A stretch of DNA of 62,693 nucleotides, filler included, from Nemertoderma westbladi (Eukaryota; Animalia; Xenacoelomorpha), in assembly GCA_032718475.1 (NCBI GenBank). It is 3 parts of 3 records of this genome, joined end to end, with 100 filler letters (N's around TTAATTAATTAA, not from the genome) between each part and the next. Parts side by side here need not be neighbours in the genome. Positions count along the whole stretch, not along the records: positions 50,573 to 62,693 come from JAUCBJ010004638.1; 2 more parts are not named here. One strand, given 5' to 3'. Positions 50,573 to 62,693 of this stretch are shown here, in pieces; position 1 is the first letter of the stretch; each line of letters starts with the position of its first letter. A program made the position numbers and the translations under genes. Below the pieces are notes generated by a model that made no database searches, was not told the DNA's origin, and was given only the letters and a program-made list of their open reading frames with translations.

Positions 50573-52848
50573 TGCGGCCGGGTCTATTCACCCCCGCCTC
50601 TCTCTCTACTACTGCGTGGCCCACCAGGCCTACTTCGGGTTGGCTCAACCCCGCTACCTCCTGTCTACTAACTGCGTGGCCTACCAGGCCGCCGCCGGGT
50701 TGGCTCAACCCTGCCACCTCCTGCCTACTAACTACGTGGCCTACCAGGCCACCGTCTGCTGAGTTATGTACGTCCGACACGCTCACATTAATAGCACCAT
50801 TCCCAATATTATTTGTTAAATCAATTAAATTATTAGAATTTGAAACGGGATTATTATTTAAATTATTTAAATTACTTAGATCACTACTATTCTCTAAACT
50901 TAAATTATTATTCGAATTATTTTGCGGGTTTGAATTGAAATTATTGTTTAGAATATTTGTATTTAAATTTAAATTACTACTACCCGGTAAAATATTATTT
51001 CCTGTAATAAAGGGATTAGGGTTATCTACTACGGTACTATTAATATTAACTACTTCTGACGTACTACTACTACCCCCCCCGCCCGTACGGCTACACCAGT
51101 TCTGGTTCTCTCGCCCGGTGTCTGTAAGTGGGGTCTCACTCTCTGACATTTCCAACCGCGCCAGTTCTCGTCGGCGCCGCTCCAGTTTGGCTTGATATTG
51201 CGCAAGCCCCCTTAGCTGGGCACGCAAATCATGTAAACTTTGCTCGGCCAACTCGGTATCTCTCGCAACCATCTCACGCCACGTCGCCGGCTCGTCCCCT
51301 ACTCTCATCTCCCGCTCTCTACACTCCTTGACTCTCTCTCTATCCTCCCTTGCCCACTCTCTTTCTCTCTCCGACCATGCGGTTTCCTCTCTCAATCGTC
51401 TCTCTAACTCATCCTGCTCTGTCGCCACCATTTCTAATTTATACGCCATGCGTTTACTCTCTCGCACCCGTCTTTCTTTTACGGAGGATGTAGCAAACTT
51501 ATCGGTTGCGACGGACTCCCGTCGCCCTCCGTCCCACTAACTTTCCCCCGCCTCCCGGAACTTCCTCCGACCGACGAGACCGAATCCTCGGAGTTAACCT
51601 CGGATTCGCCCTCCCCAGGTCTCTTCCAACCCACTAACTTAACTTCCCTGGCATCGACTAAGTATGGCCCTATGTACACTACACTAGGTTCCATACCCCC
51701 ACATTCCCACAGTTTAAACAGTTCGAAGGCAACTCCCCACGCCCTCAACTCTGCTAGTTCTCTCTGCCCAGAACACACTAGGTGATCAAAGTATCTGTCC
51801 GACTCACCTAGTCCCTTTGTCATCCTGACCTCGTCTATTCTCGCCCCCTCCTTGGCCTCCTTTAGTAGTTCCCGGGTCGCGTTGTAGGCCCGTCGGAGTC
51901 GATCAGAAACCCCGACGTCCTCGTCGCCGACCTCTCCTCTGTTTCTCCGGGTCCGGCGTCGTACCGACGGCCCCACCGTCGCCGTTCCGGTGGACCGTTC
52001 GTCGTCCTCGGCCTGTGGCGGACCGGCGACATCGGTTCGTCGACCCTCGCTCCGCGTCGACTCGTCTTTCTCTTCTCCTCCCGACTCGTCTCCTCTACTC
52101 GACTCGCTCTCTCCTGGTAGACGACCCCCCACACCTTGGTTCGCCGTGTTGCTCGTTATCGACGTGGCGTCAACGTGCGTCGACGTGGTCGGCGTAGCAT
52201 CGACCGGCGTCGTGGGTTCGTATCGTCTCGCCGTGGCCTCGCGGATCGTTAGATCGTCGTCCGGGGTCCGCGGCGGTGTCGTTCCTTTCTCTCGGCTCAT
52301 CTCGCCTTTAGTAGCTGGTCGTCGCTAGCTAGGACGGTAGCTCTATTCTATCTCTGTCAGGGCAGCTGGGCGGATCTAGTTCTGTCACTGTGACGGGATC
52401 TACGGATCCCGGTTTATCCGTTTGGGTTTTCTGCCCACGCGTCCCCGCCGTGTGTGAAAGGTAAAAGAGTTCTGATGTTGGGTAATATGTATAAAGGTAT
52501 AATAGTCCGACAGTTGATATAATATAGTATGACACAATAGGTAATATATAATGGCGGTAGCGGACGGTGACAGAAGTCCCCGTTCCACCCTACTGATCTG
52601 ACTGAGTAAACTGAATAACTGACCGGTATGATTACTGGTAACTGGTTATATTGCACGGTGGCCTTATTGCTACTCAATCGATGCCTTTCCCCCCTCTGAT
52701 TGGTTGATACCCCTGTTGGCACCCTTTGCCCCCCTCTGAAGTGCTTCCCTTCGCCCTTGCTGTTCTCTCTCTTGTCAGGGGAGTAACCCCTGACCCTTAT
52801 TGTGTGTGTCTCCTTTGGGGCCTATTGTCCCCGTTTACTGGGCTGACA
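50573..52848 (-). mobile_element. Probable LTR retrotransposon 5' part: LTR (about 52355-52848) plus frameshifted gag-like ORFs
   Basis: Minus strand TGTCAG...CTGACA termini with CCAATC and ATATAA. ORFs 51479-52300 and 50573-51467 are charged coiled-coil and N-rich, with 60-bp repeats. No pol is visible before the gap. Confidence 0.55.
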
Positions 52849-52937
52849 CGAGGTTGATTGGTAATCAACCTCGTGCTCCCAATATTGCTTTATGGCTCAC
52901 TCTATGGGTTTGTGTTAGCGGAATTGGATAAGCTAAC

Positions 52938-54056
52938 AACAAATAGTAATGGTGCTAATGTGTCACCTTGCAGTACCCCAGCCAGGATTGAGAAAAACTC
53001 AGTTTCACCATCTGGTGAGAGTACCTGCGCTTCTGTGTCACAATATAACAATCCAATGCCAGCAATAATTACCTCTGGTATTCCATAAGCTCTTAGGATT
53101 TCAAGCATTTTGCCTCTATGGATGGAGTCGAATGCCTTCTTGAAGTCTTACAAAAGTCATGACTGCGGGGAGATTCTTTGACTTAATTCCTTCAATCAGT
53201 CTCCGTAGTGCAAGTATCTGAGCTATTGTTGATCTACTTGGTCGATATCCGTTTTGGCTCTTACGCAGTAGTTTCTCTATGTGAGGCCTAATCCTATATA
53301 GAATCATTTGATTGTATATTTTGGCAGCTACCACAAGCAGACAGATCCCCCGATAGTTTGTTGGTATACCGAGGTCTCCTTTCTTGGGGAGAGGCTTTAG
53401 TTGACCTTTAGTCCAAATTGGTGGTGGCTTTTCCCCTTTTAACATCCGGTTGCAAACATTCAATAATGGTCTGTTTAGCACTCCTGTTTTCCATACCTCC
53501 GCTGGGATTTCATCTAATCCACTCGCTTTATTATTGGACATGCTTTTAATGCTTCTTTGGAGTTCGGCAGGTGTGAAGTCCCCTGTTTCTATAGGTAGTG
53601 TCTTGTCATATATTTTCCTTGTAGGGCTGACCTCGATGTTCTTCAGGACTATCGGCTTTGAGGCGCCCCTTTGCACAACTTTTCCGACCAGGAGAGCAGT
53701 TGTAATTGCTTCAATTTTATCCTGTATGTACTTTTCCTGGCTGATGTTGTAGGCCAATTTAAGATCGTCCTTAGATTTCTCAACCTTGTTAATGTTTTCT
53801 GTTGTTGGTTGTTCGGTTTTAACTTTGTAAGCTATCTTAAGATCTTCTCTCTTACAAGTACTGTAACCTCAGAGTTTTGTCATGGCACATACTGTTTTCG
53901 TTTGGGTTTCTGGGGGATATGCCTCTTAGCAGATTCCTTGTGGGCTGTTATTATATTCTGGTATATTGAATCGGTGGACTGGTCTTCATCCATTGACTGA
54001 AGTGCTTCAAAGCGGTTTTGAACTTCTACTGTGTAAGCATCCTTTACTGCATTGAC
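52938..54056 (-). mobile_element. Degenerate RTE-like LINE RT fragment
   Basis: KASGLDEIPAE, PKKGDLGIPTNYRGICLL and GVLQGDTLAPLLF motifs; frameshifted. Confidence 0.88.
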
Positions 54057-55143
54057 AGTAATTTAATTTAATTTAAATGATTACGGAAATTATACCGGTT
54101 GCAGTGGCAGTGCGTTTTCTAACCAAAACAAATCTCATCTCGTTGTATGAATTTGGCCCGGGGGGGGGGGGGGGGGGGGGCGTCCTTTTATAAATCTTTT
54201 AGATCCTGGCTCAACAATTAAAGTTTTGCTGTTATAAGGGTATTCGATGTCGCTAATCACGATATTAATTGTTTAAAATAATTTCTGGACTATATAACTG
54301 TCATTTTAGGTGCTATTCTGGTCCCTCGAGACGAAAAATACAGTACACAGCACTGTATATAGTGCCAAAAATTTAAACTGAAAAACGATGTCTTAGGTTG
54401 AATTATTCTGCAGGTATACAGTACTGTACGGGTTTTTGAGGTCGCTGATCGCGATAGAACTTATTAAAAACCTAGTCTAACCAACAAATTTAATGTTGAT
54501 TAATTTAATGTTTAATTTAGTATAAATTTTTGTTACTGTACCGTCAAGCGGGGTTAGTTGGATACCATGGGTAACTTGGATAAAATGAAGTCTGTGTATT
54601 ATATAAAAGCATAATCCATGTTTCCCCTGTTAGAATGAGCGGGAATTTTGAATTTTTTATCATGTCACGAGTTATACTGATGTTTTACATTTTTGATTGC
54701 ATGTATTTCGCGGTACATCCGGTAGATTTTGCTTTACAAAGTTTAGGGTCAGCTACAAAAGTTGATGACTTTTCTAAGTTGTGATTACTCGCTCTCTGAT
54801 GCTCCAATGGTTCATTTTTTGTTCTCAACATGTAGATCAAATGCTATTTGGTATATATTATATATGTTATATATTAATTTTTGTTTTTTTTGGAAGGATT
54901 TTTCAATTTCGCAAATGTGTTTAGGAAGAAAATATTAAAAATAAATGTCATATACCAGTTGTATTGTAGTCATAATACTGTATATTCCGGTAGTCATACT
55001 GTCATATAGGAAACCGCTAGGGTTAGGGCATTCAGGCATTCAGGCTGTACCTGAGTAAGCTTACTAAGTAAGCTTACTAAAAACAGGATGACTAGGCCTG
55101 CCGGTATCATGGAATTTAGCAATAAATTTCATAATTTCGAATA

Positions 55144-56413
55144 GGGTAACAGACGTTTCGGTCTAAGACGTTTTGGCCTAGGACGTTTCGGCCCAATGAG
55201 TTAAATAGAAGATTTGCTTGTCGGACGTTTTGGCCCAAAGATTCACTTTACTCCCTTAAATAAGTCAAATATAAAGTTTAGTCTACACAATGTAATATGT
55301 ACAGTAGAAGATTATATGCATATAATTTTAATACTTTTAACTGTTAATTATATGCATATAATTTTAATACATTTAACTGTTAATTATAATACCCATTAAT
55401 TATTTTAAATAGGACTAATGTTTAACCTCCAATCGCTATTATACATAGATTATCGCCTGTCCCATAATGTGATATACGGTTATACATTTAGAACCTGACG
55501 CAGATAAATTGGCATCAGTAGTTAAGTTATACAAGGTTTATTTGCAGAGGTTTCTGTATACTGTAAATACTCATATATAGTATAAAAAACTAAGATTTGC
55601 AACATACAGCACTAAATTAATGTGGGATATTGTTCGTCTTAGGCCTAATGTTAATTTTGTGCTATTCTCCCTTCGCGTTCAAGAGCAAGACGTTCCGACG
55701 TTCGAATATAATGTGATAAACAAGATATCAGATATCACCTGTTCTAGAATTGCTACCGGTATGCGAAATACCAGTGCTAGTTTACAGTCCTCCAATCGTT
55801 AATATTGTCTTATTGTTACAAAATTAAATCAATTACTTTATACAGTATTACTTCGACTATTATGCTATTCTACTATTTTTAAATATATGTCATCCTCATC
55901 ATCACTTCTTACAAAGCAAATGTAAACCAAACATAATTTTAAGAATAAGTTGTTCAATATATTTGTTTTGAAGTTTTTACGTTACTAGAGTAGAACAATT
56001 GTTACATACAGTAGCAGGAACTCTGATACACCTATTCTAAAGTAGTCAAGATAGAAGTTCTACATTATATTTATAAATATTAACTAATGTAATAAACATA
56101 ATTGAGGCGAATTGTCTATGGAACCAGAGCACCACCATACATATTGTTTATTTAATTTTGTAATAAAGGTAAATTAAATAGCCTTTTCATAAAAAATATT
56201 TCATTAAGACTTAACAACACTTTGTGTTGTTTGTATGTTATTGTGAAATAAGTCAAATTTTAATGAATAATTATTATCATATAATAAAACAACTTGGCCT
56301 TTTCGTTCAGTTGCAGTAATGGGCCGAAACGTCCGGACCGAATCGTCCGGGCCGAATCGTCCGGGCCGAAACGTCCTGGACCGAAACGTCCTAGGCCGAA
56401 ACGTCTGTATACC
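55144..56413 (-). mobile_element. Non-autonomous Mutator/foldback-like element, copy 2, nested in the pogo element
   Basis: Same ends as 46044-47331, inverted; 9-bp TSD TTTCGAATA. Confidence 0.86.
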
Positions 56414-56800
56414 TTTCGAATAAGAGTTATGTTACAGTTCATGTACCGGTAGGCCTACGCACCTCCATCATTTGTATACCTGTATTTACGATTTAGGAAT
56501 CTACCTGATTTGTGATTTGATTAAAACTTTTTCATAGTATAGCAGCACCGTTACAGCTGTACACTGGTACAGGGCCTATTTAGTTCTTCTCAGTTAATGC
56601 AGTAATGTCTTAGGGTAAGGTTTATATCATGTAGTGTTTAGTGCTGCAGTGTCTGAGTGTGCCCCTACTGAAACCTGTAGGTAGGTCTATAAATGAGCCT
56701 TATGACATAGACCTTTACATACCATACAAGTTAGCCAATACCGGTACAGTTATAACAATTACCTGATTACTGTTATTGGTGAATATTTAGCCCTAATTTA

Positions 56801-56970
56801 TGGTGGCACTGAAGGGCTAATTAGTTTTTTTAATTTCTCAGAGTTAAAAAAAACGAAATACGTTTTTTTGTTTAGGCCTATTTATTTTACATTTCCCAGA
56901 TTAAAAAAACCGAATTTGTGGGGCCAATTCGTTTATAAAAAAAAAATGAATTGACCCTTCAGTGCCACCA
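56801..56970. mobile_element. 170-bp MITE
   Basis: TIR TGGTGGCACTGAAGGG / CCCTTCAGTGCCACCA flanked by TA. Confidence 0.78.
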
Positions 56971-57005
56971 TAGGCCTACTAATTTAATTTGAGATTGAGC
57001 TTAAA

Positions 57006-58892
57006 ATGGTGAGAAATTATGAGCGGAATAGGGGGGCAAGAAACTATCGCAATGGATACACTTCTGCCCAGCTTGAAAGTGCATGTAACGCTGTTGTAAA
57101 TGCCAAAAGGTCCCTTTTATCGGCTTCTAAAGAATTCAAAATTCCATACGGTACATTATGGAGATACATGAAAGTCGTCCGCAGTGATTCAATGCTACCG
57201 GTAGAGAAAATCGTGGGGCGGCCACCCGTCTTATCCCCAATAGAGGAAGGTATGTTTAAACAAACTCTCGATCACTTGGCAACTTGGAAGTTTCCAGTGT
57301 CTTCAATGGGTCTCCGTTTCATGGTGAAGAATTACTTAGACAAGAGTGAACGTGTTACACGTTTTAAAGACAATTTTCCAGGAGCCGACTGGTTGGACCT
57401 TTTCAAGAAGAGGAACAATCTAACGAAACGGATAGTTCAACGAGTAAAACCTGCACGCATCCGTGTGACAGCAGATGAAGTTAATAAGTTCTTTGATAAT
57501 TACGAAGCTGAGATTGAGAAGATAGAACCTGCATTCATTTTTAACTATGATGAAACTGGTATTATTGATATTCCTGGTGCGCAAGACTCAATAGTGAGTC
57601 GGGGTCAAGGTCGAATAGAGTCCAAGGTTGCTCACTCAAAAGCTTTGACTAGCTTAATGTTCTGTGGAAACGCAGTGGGAGACTTTTGTCCCCCAATGGT
57701 AGTTTACAAAGCCCAGAACCTGTGGAGTGAATGGACATTAGGTGGCCCTGTTGATACAGTGTATGATGTTACTAAAAGTGGCTGGTTCGATGGGAAAACA
57801 TATACAAGGTGGTTTCATGAAGTCTTACTTCCTTTCATCAATAAAATCAAGGTTAGAGAGAACGATCTTCTGTTGGAGAATGTTAAGCCAATTCCCAATA
57901 AAAGGTTTATTATCGTAATTGGTGACAACCTTGACAGTCACTTTAGTCCTGAGGTTATTAACTCTTGTATGTCCCACAATATTCGATATATATGTTTGGT
58001 GCCAAACTCCACACACCTCCTCCAGCCACTTGATGTGGCTGTATTTGGGCCGCTCAAAACAAGTTGGAGAAGCATATTAGGTGAATGGAGGAAGGAGTCT
58101 CGCAGCGTTTCCAGTATCCCAAAGAATGTTTTTCCTACTCTATTGAACCGTCTTTTTAAGGAACTGATAAACAGCAAAGGTAATCTGGTTTCTGGTTTCA
58201 GGGCATGCGGTTTGCATCCTATTGACAGGCGACATGTTCTAAAACGGTTGCCTTCTGGTAGTCAGCAGAGTTCTGAAATCCACATTCGTTCGCATTTGGG
58301 TGATGTTGTTGCTGATATGCTCAAGGAACATATAGGCCCACCTAAACCACAATCACGTAAACGTGGAGGCAAGATTGTTCCGGGTAAAAATGTTGCTACG
58401 GATACTGGTATCGAGGGACAACCTGTAGCGGATTGTTGTGAGACAGAACAGTCTGAAGGAGGTGAACAGTCGGAAGATATCTCAGACAATGAGAGCAGCA
58501 TGAGTGTTGTCAGTATTGTTGAAAGCAATGAGTCCTATGAATCTTCTGAAGAGGAGGAAGTTACGAGGGATCTTAATATTGGGGATTGGTTGCTCGTTGC
58601 AGTTCCAATCGTTTCTCAGGTCACTAAGAATAGGAACTTTGTTTCTCAAATCATGGAAGTTAATGAGGATCAGTTTGAGGTTGTGGTGAAATATGCAGAA
58701 CGTATAAGAAGTTCTATTAAAATCGAGGACTCCATAACAGTGACTTTACCAGATAATTTTGAAACCGGAATCCAAGGCTTTGACACTATACTCAGAAAGC
58801 TCTGTAAACCCATTACCACAGGGGGCACATCTCGAGCTAGAAAACTTTTCAGATTTTCAAAAGCTGATTTTGGAGATGAGTTACCAGACTGA
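57006..58892 (+). CDS. pogo-family transposase (HTH_psq, CENP-B HTH, DDE_1; DD35D)
   Basis: 628-aa open frame with ASKEFKIPYGTL, FNYDETG, KSGW, IGDNLDSH and THLLQPLDVAVF; 35 residues between the second and third Asp. Confidence 0.93.
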   Translation: MVRNYERNRGARNYRNGYTSAQLESACNAVVNAKRSLLSASKEFKIPYGTLWRYMKVVRSDSMLPVEKIVGRPPVLSPIEEGMFKQTLDHLATWKFPVSSMGLRFMVKNYLDKSERVTRFKDNFPGADWLDLFKKRNNLTKRIVQRVKPARIRVTADEVNKFFDNYEAEIEKIEPAFIFNYDETGIIDIPGAQDSIVSRGQGRIESKVAHSKALTSLMFCGNAVGDFCPPMVVYKAQNLWSEWTLGGPVDTVYDVTKSGWFDGKTYTRWFHEVLLPFINKIKVRENDLLLENVKPIPNKRFIIVIGDNLDSHFSPEVINSCMSHNIRYICLVPNSTHLLQPLDVAVFGPLKTSWRSILGEWRKESRSVSSIPKNVFPTLLNRLFKELINSKGNLVSGFRACGLHPIDRRHVLKRLPSGSQQSSEIHIRSHLGDVVADMLKEHIGPPKPQSRKRGGKIVPGKNVATDTGIEGQPVADCCETEQSEGGEQSEDISDNESSMSVVSIVESNESYESSEEEEVTRDLNIGDWLLVAVPIVSQVTKNRNFVSQIMEVNEDQFEVVVKYAERIRSSIKIEDSITVTLPDNFETGIQGFDTILRKLCKPITTGGTSRARKLFRFSKADFGDELPD

Positions 58893-61800
58893 ATGATATA
58901 ACGGTAGAATGTTTATAAACATAGCAATGTTATTTCATTGTGTTAGTTAATGAACTTGTTGATGGTTGGAAAAGTGTTATCCTGTATGGATAACTTGAAT
59001 GTGATAATTATATAAAAATCATTAATTTCTGCAATACTTTTTTATTTTGTATTATGATCAGATATCTTATATATCAATCCAAAAATTTTTATTATTGAAT
59101 TAAAATATGTCTCTCAATACAACTGTAGCCTAGGAGAAATTTTAAATGTAAAGATAAGTTTTAAATTTAGTATCCCCAGATATCCAAGTATCCCCAAATC
59201 CCGAGGTAACTTGGATAGCTAATCAATTCTAAATTACTTCGCTATGCGGCATCTGGGAATTGCATACATAACGTATTTGTATAGCCCAAACATGTATTGT
59301 TATTGAATTCTATTAACAGCATCATAGGGCTTACACAGCCAGAGAAAATGTCCTTAAGCTGCAAAAAACTATCAATGTAACCCCGCTTGACGGTAGTGTT
59401 ACTGTTACTTGTACAGTATTTTCGTGCCACATTGGCACATATTCAATAATTCAATTCATAATTATTCTGAAACGATATTATTGATTGACATATACGAATT
59501 CTATTACATCCATTATTAGAAAACCCATAATGTCATAAAATCAGACTGATTCGGTAATGGTTTTTTATTACCAAATTTGTGCTACCATGACCTACAGTAC
59601 AAACAGTACTGTACTAAACATATCTTTAGTAGGTCATGGTGCTACTCGTATTTTTCATTTCCACATTTCCAAAAGTTCCATAATCATTGAGGTGCAGTAC
59701 GATATATTTCAGTGTCATATTACATTCGCATCCTAGAAAACCGATAAGGCTATAAATCAGGCTGATTTGCTGGCGATTTTTGGTATCATGCAGTATTTGC
59801 ACTACTTATTTTTTTCGTATTAATATTCCCAGAAATCTTGTCGAATGCTATATTTGAGTTATGTAATCATGATCAGCATCTAAATACCTCTATGTATTGC
59901 AAATAAATTTAATTTAGTAAGCCATAAAAATTTAGAAAATTTCAGCCCGTAAAATATTAGAGATGATGGGTGCCAAAATGGGACCATACATACAGTACTG
60001 TATATCTGTTATAGCAGGTCATGGACCACATCACGTAAACTAACTTAGCTATAGAATTGCCGTTTGCACAGTTGGATTGCCCATTATATTTTAGGATTAC
60101 TTTAGTCACGAAATCTCGGAAATTTATAAAATGACCATAACCCCACCCCCCCCCCCCCCCCCCCCTGGCGTGTTAAATATGTATGGTTAATATCTCCTCT
60201 CAATGTTAAATCATCAATTACAGTATGTAAATGGAGCAGGAAATCAGCTGTTGTTTGCGTCTATAGGTGTATGTTATATTCAATCTCACTAAAGATACAT
60301 GGCTACTATGGTAAACTAATACAATTAATAGCCGCTAGATGGCTTTAACTGCTGTGTCTATAATATATTTAATAGATAGATAGATCTAATAGTTTCTTCT
60401 CCACTTTCTTTGTTGCACTCGGTCCTTCCACTTTCTTTATGTTTTCATTACTTAATGTTGAAGAGACGATGAGTAGGCAACAGCGTGTTTCTGCAAGGAC
60501 TTCTACTGTAGAATATACAGTAGTATATATTCTATGTTAATGTTATGAATAAATTCCGATGAATGAATAAATGAAAATTGAATAAATTTCACGAAGGTAG
60601 ATAAATTTACCAAGCTGCATAGCGGTAGCTAGCTACAGGTATAATAATACTGATTGCCGTTGGGTAGAAGCCGTTGTAGATACGCTAATGCCCACGCCCA
60701 CGCACGTGTTTTGTGCAAGTCTGCAGGTCTTTATTATTTGGGTCCTTCGTCTGTTGTAGTCACCCGCTGCGTGATATCGTTCTCTTGTATATTGTAATTA
60801 ATTGAGGGTATATTTTGCTTAATCCAGTAATCGTCTTATCATTTTATCTGAGAACAGACAATTAAACCGAAAGTATTTTTATACCGGCCTTACAGCCTTA
60901 TGGCATGTATGGGGGCAATAGCGCAGCAGTATTACCGGTATGTTATGTAGGCTGTCGTCAGCTGTAGCGCTGTAGGCTGTAGGCCCTGACTGAAATACTT
61001 CTGTACTTACAGGTTTGCGTAGGCCTATATTATTTATTTATTATGATTTTTGCTGTACCGGCTGACCGGTATCTGGCTGATTGCTGGGTTGGTGGTGAAT
61101 TCGTATTTCATTCAACCAAAGCAATGTAAAATATGCCGATATTATACAACACATTAGCCTACTGTACAGTTCGGCAGTTATAGCCTAAGCTTAAGCCTAC
61201 ATCTGTACATGCCTATACTGCAATATATTTATCAGTTTGTACTGCAGTTCTGTTACTGTTGTATTCCGGTCCGGCAGACCCCTGAGACCGTTATGGTAGT
61301 TTTTTTATACGGCAGTACGGGTGCTTAGATCGTGGCTTTTCCAGTTAACATTATTCCATTTTGTATAAAACAAGTGATGTGGTTGGAGAAACCTGCTAGG
61401 GGCGGCTACTAAGCAGCAACCAATCACTGAATCATGTTAATCGTGTTTAACACAGAGTCAATGAGAATGGAATATTGCTAACTTCAAAAAGTACAGGCAG
61501 ACAGGTTACCATTATTCCAAAGTAATCAGATATTACGGGTAATTAAGCTGCTAGTGTTGTTAGTCAGTTAGTATTCGAGTAAGCCATAGAATATTAATTA
61601 GGCCTATACAGCTATATGTTACAATCAGACAATAGGCAGATAGGATTACAATGATGTAAACTGTAAATTAAATATTTATATATACAGATATAGGCCTAGT
61701 TAAGTCTAGGTTTAGCCCTAGTAATAAACATACTGTACTTATACAATATCTCATTGAAGTACTTGGACTTGCCACGTAGTACAGTTAGGAACTTTCACCC

Positions 61801-62061
61801 GTCAAACGGCTGGACAGTCACCCCTCAAACGGGTGGATGTGTTTGTATTTCTCCACACAAATCCCTATTAAAAATTAAAATTAAATTCGCATTGCTATTT
61901 TTTTAGACGCACGAGTAAAATTGGTATTGTTACATAGAGCAGGCAAAACTACATATTTTGGTCCTGTAAAAATTAAAATTACAGCATAGTTAACTTTTAA
62001 TTAAGAATTAATTGAATTCCACCCATTAAACGGGTGGATTTGTAAAATTTTATCTGCTACT

Positions 62062-62693
62062 TGTCAGCCCCCTGAGGCAAGCAGATTCCTTCCCATCTAT
62101 GGAGCCAGGCTGCCAATCAACACACCAGAGAGCACACACCGTCCTCGCACTGCTATCGTTCGTGGCGACACTTCTTCTACTATCTTCTCTTCTTCTCTTT
62201 TCTGTGTAGTATTCCGGCTCGTGAGGTCTCTCGTCGACCCCCCGGTTAAACTCCACTGTTCTTCTTCCCTCTTCTGGTCGGGCTCGACGCTTCGTCTGCC
62301 CTCTCGCGACGTCAACCTGCTTCTCTCTGCTCGATCGCACGCCGCTGGGGATACTCGCAATCCCCCTATTACTCTCCGTCGCCGGTTGTTGCGGTTTACC
62401 TATTTCGGCCCTCGCATTATCCGCTGACGTCTGCGGGACACTCTCTGCCCCCCCTCTCTCTCTACTAACTTCTCGCGGTGGGGTGCCCGTAGCCCCCCCC
62501 CACCCGCCACTTCTAACTTCACTACCTCTTACTACACTTCTACACCCCTCTTGTGGGGCATTCTCTGCCCCCCCTCTCTCGCCACTAATCTTATGTGGTG
62601 GGGCGCCGGTAGCCCCCCCCCACTCGCCACATCTAACTTCAATATCTCTTACTTCGTCTCTATACCCCTCTCTAGTCGACGCGCTGTCTCTAC
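62062..62693 (-). mobile_element. 3' LTR (62062-62440) with polypurine tract of a minus-strand LTR retrotransposon extending beyond the window
   Basis: Minus strand GAGAGAGGGGGGCAGAGAG directly precedes TGTCCC...GGGCTGACA; a duplicated segment of about 120 bp lies upstream. Confidence 0.6.

Larger units (their letters stand above)
54541..59393 (+). mobile_element. Full-length pogo/Fot-like DNA transposon
   Basis: TIR CCGTCAAGCGGGGTTA / TAACCCCGCTTGACGG flanked by TA; encloses the transposase ORF. Confidence 0.92.

Overview
This is an animal (invertebrate-like) genomic window with AT-rich introns and many transposons. It holds two divergently oriented spliced genes. On the minus strand are the 5' exons of a MAP3K2/MAP3K3 (MEKK2/3) kinase, covering the N-terminus, PB1 domain and SPPPG motif (exons 16836-16998, 15626-15764, 14703-14991). 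On the plus strand is an almost complete ARNT/tango bHLH-PAS gene (9 coding exons traced, 26560-40521). The standout observation is that several tandem arrays are amplified exon-intron junctions of these genes. The 14.3-kb 39-bp array is the 3' end of a MEKK2/3 exon plus CAG|GTAAGAG, repeated about 365 times, and it appears to form an entire intron, supplying both splice sites. Two ARNT acceptors, and probably a third, are preceded by tandem copies of 'intron end + exon start'; in the two clear cases only the last copy gives an open frame. The rest is nested mobile DNA: an intact DD35D pogo element, hAT-, MULE- and Tc1-type non-autonomous elements with TSDs, RTE-like LINE fragments, LTR elements and SINEs. 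Two 100-bp scaffold gaps contain an artificial TTAATTAATTAA spacer. All calls come from reading the sequence; no searches were run.
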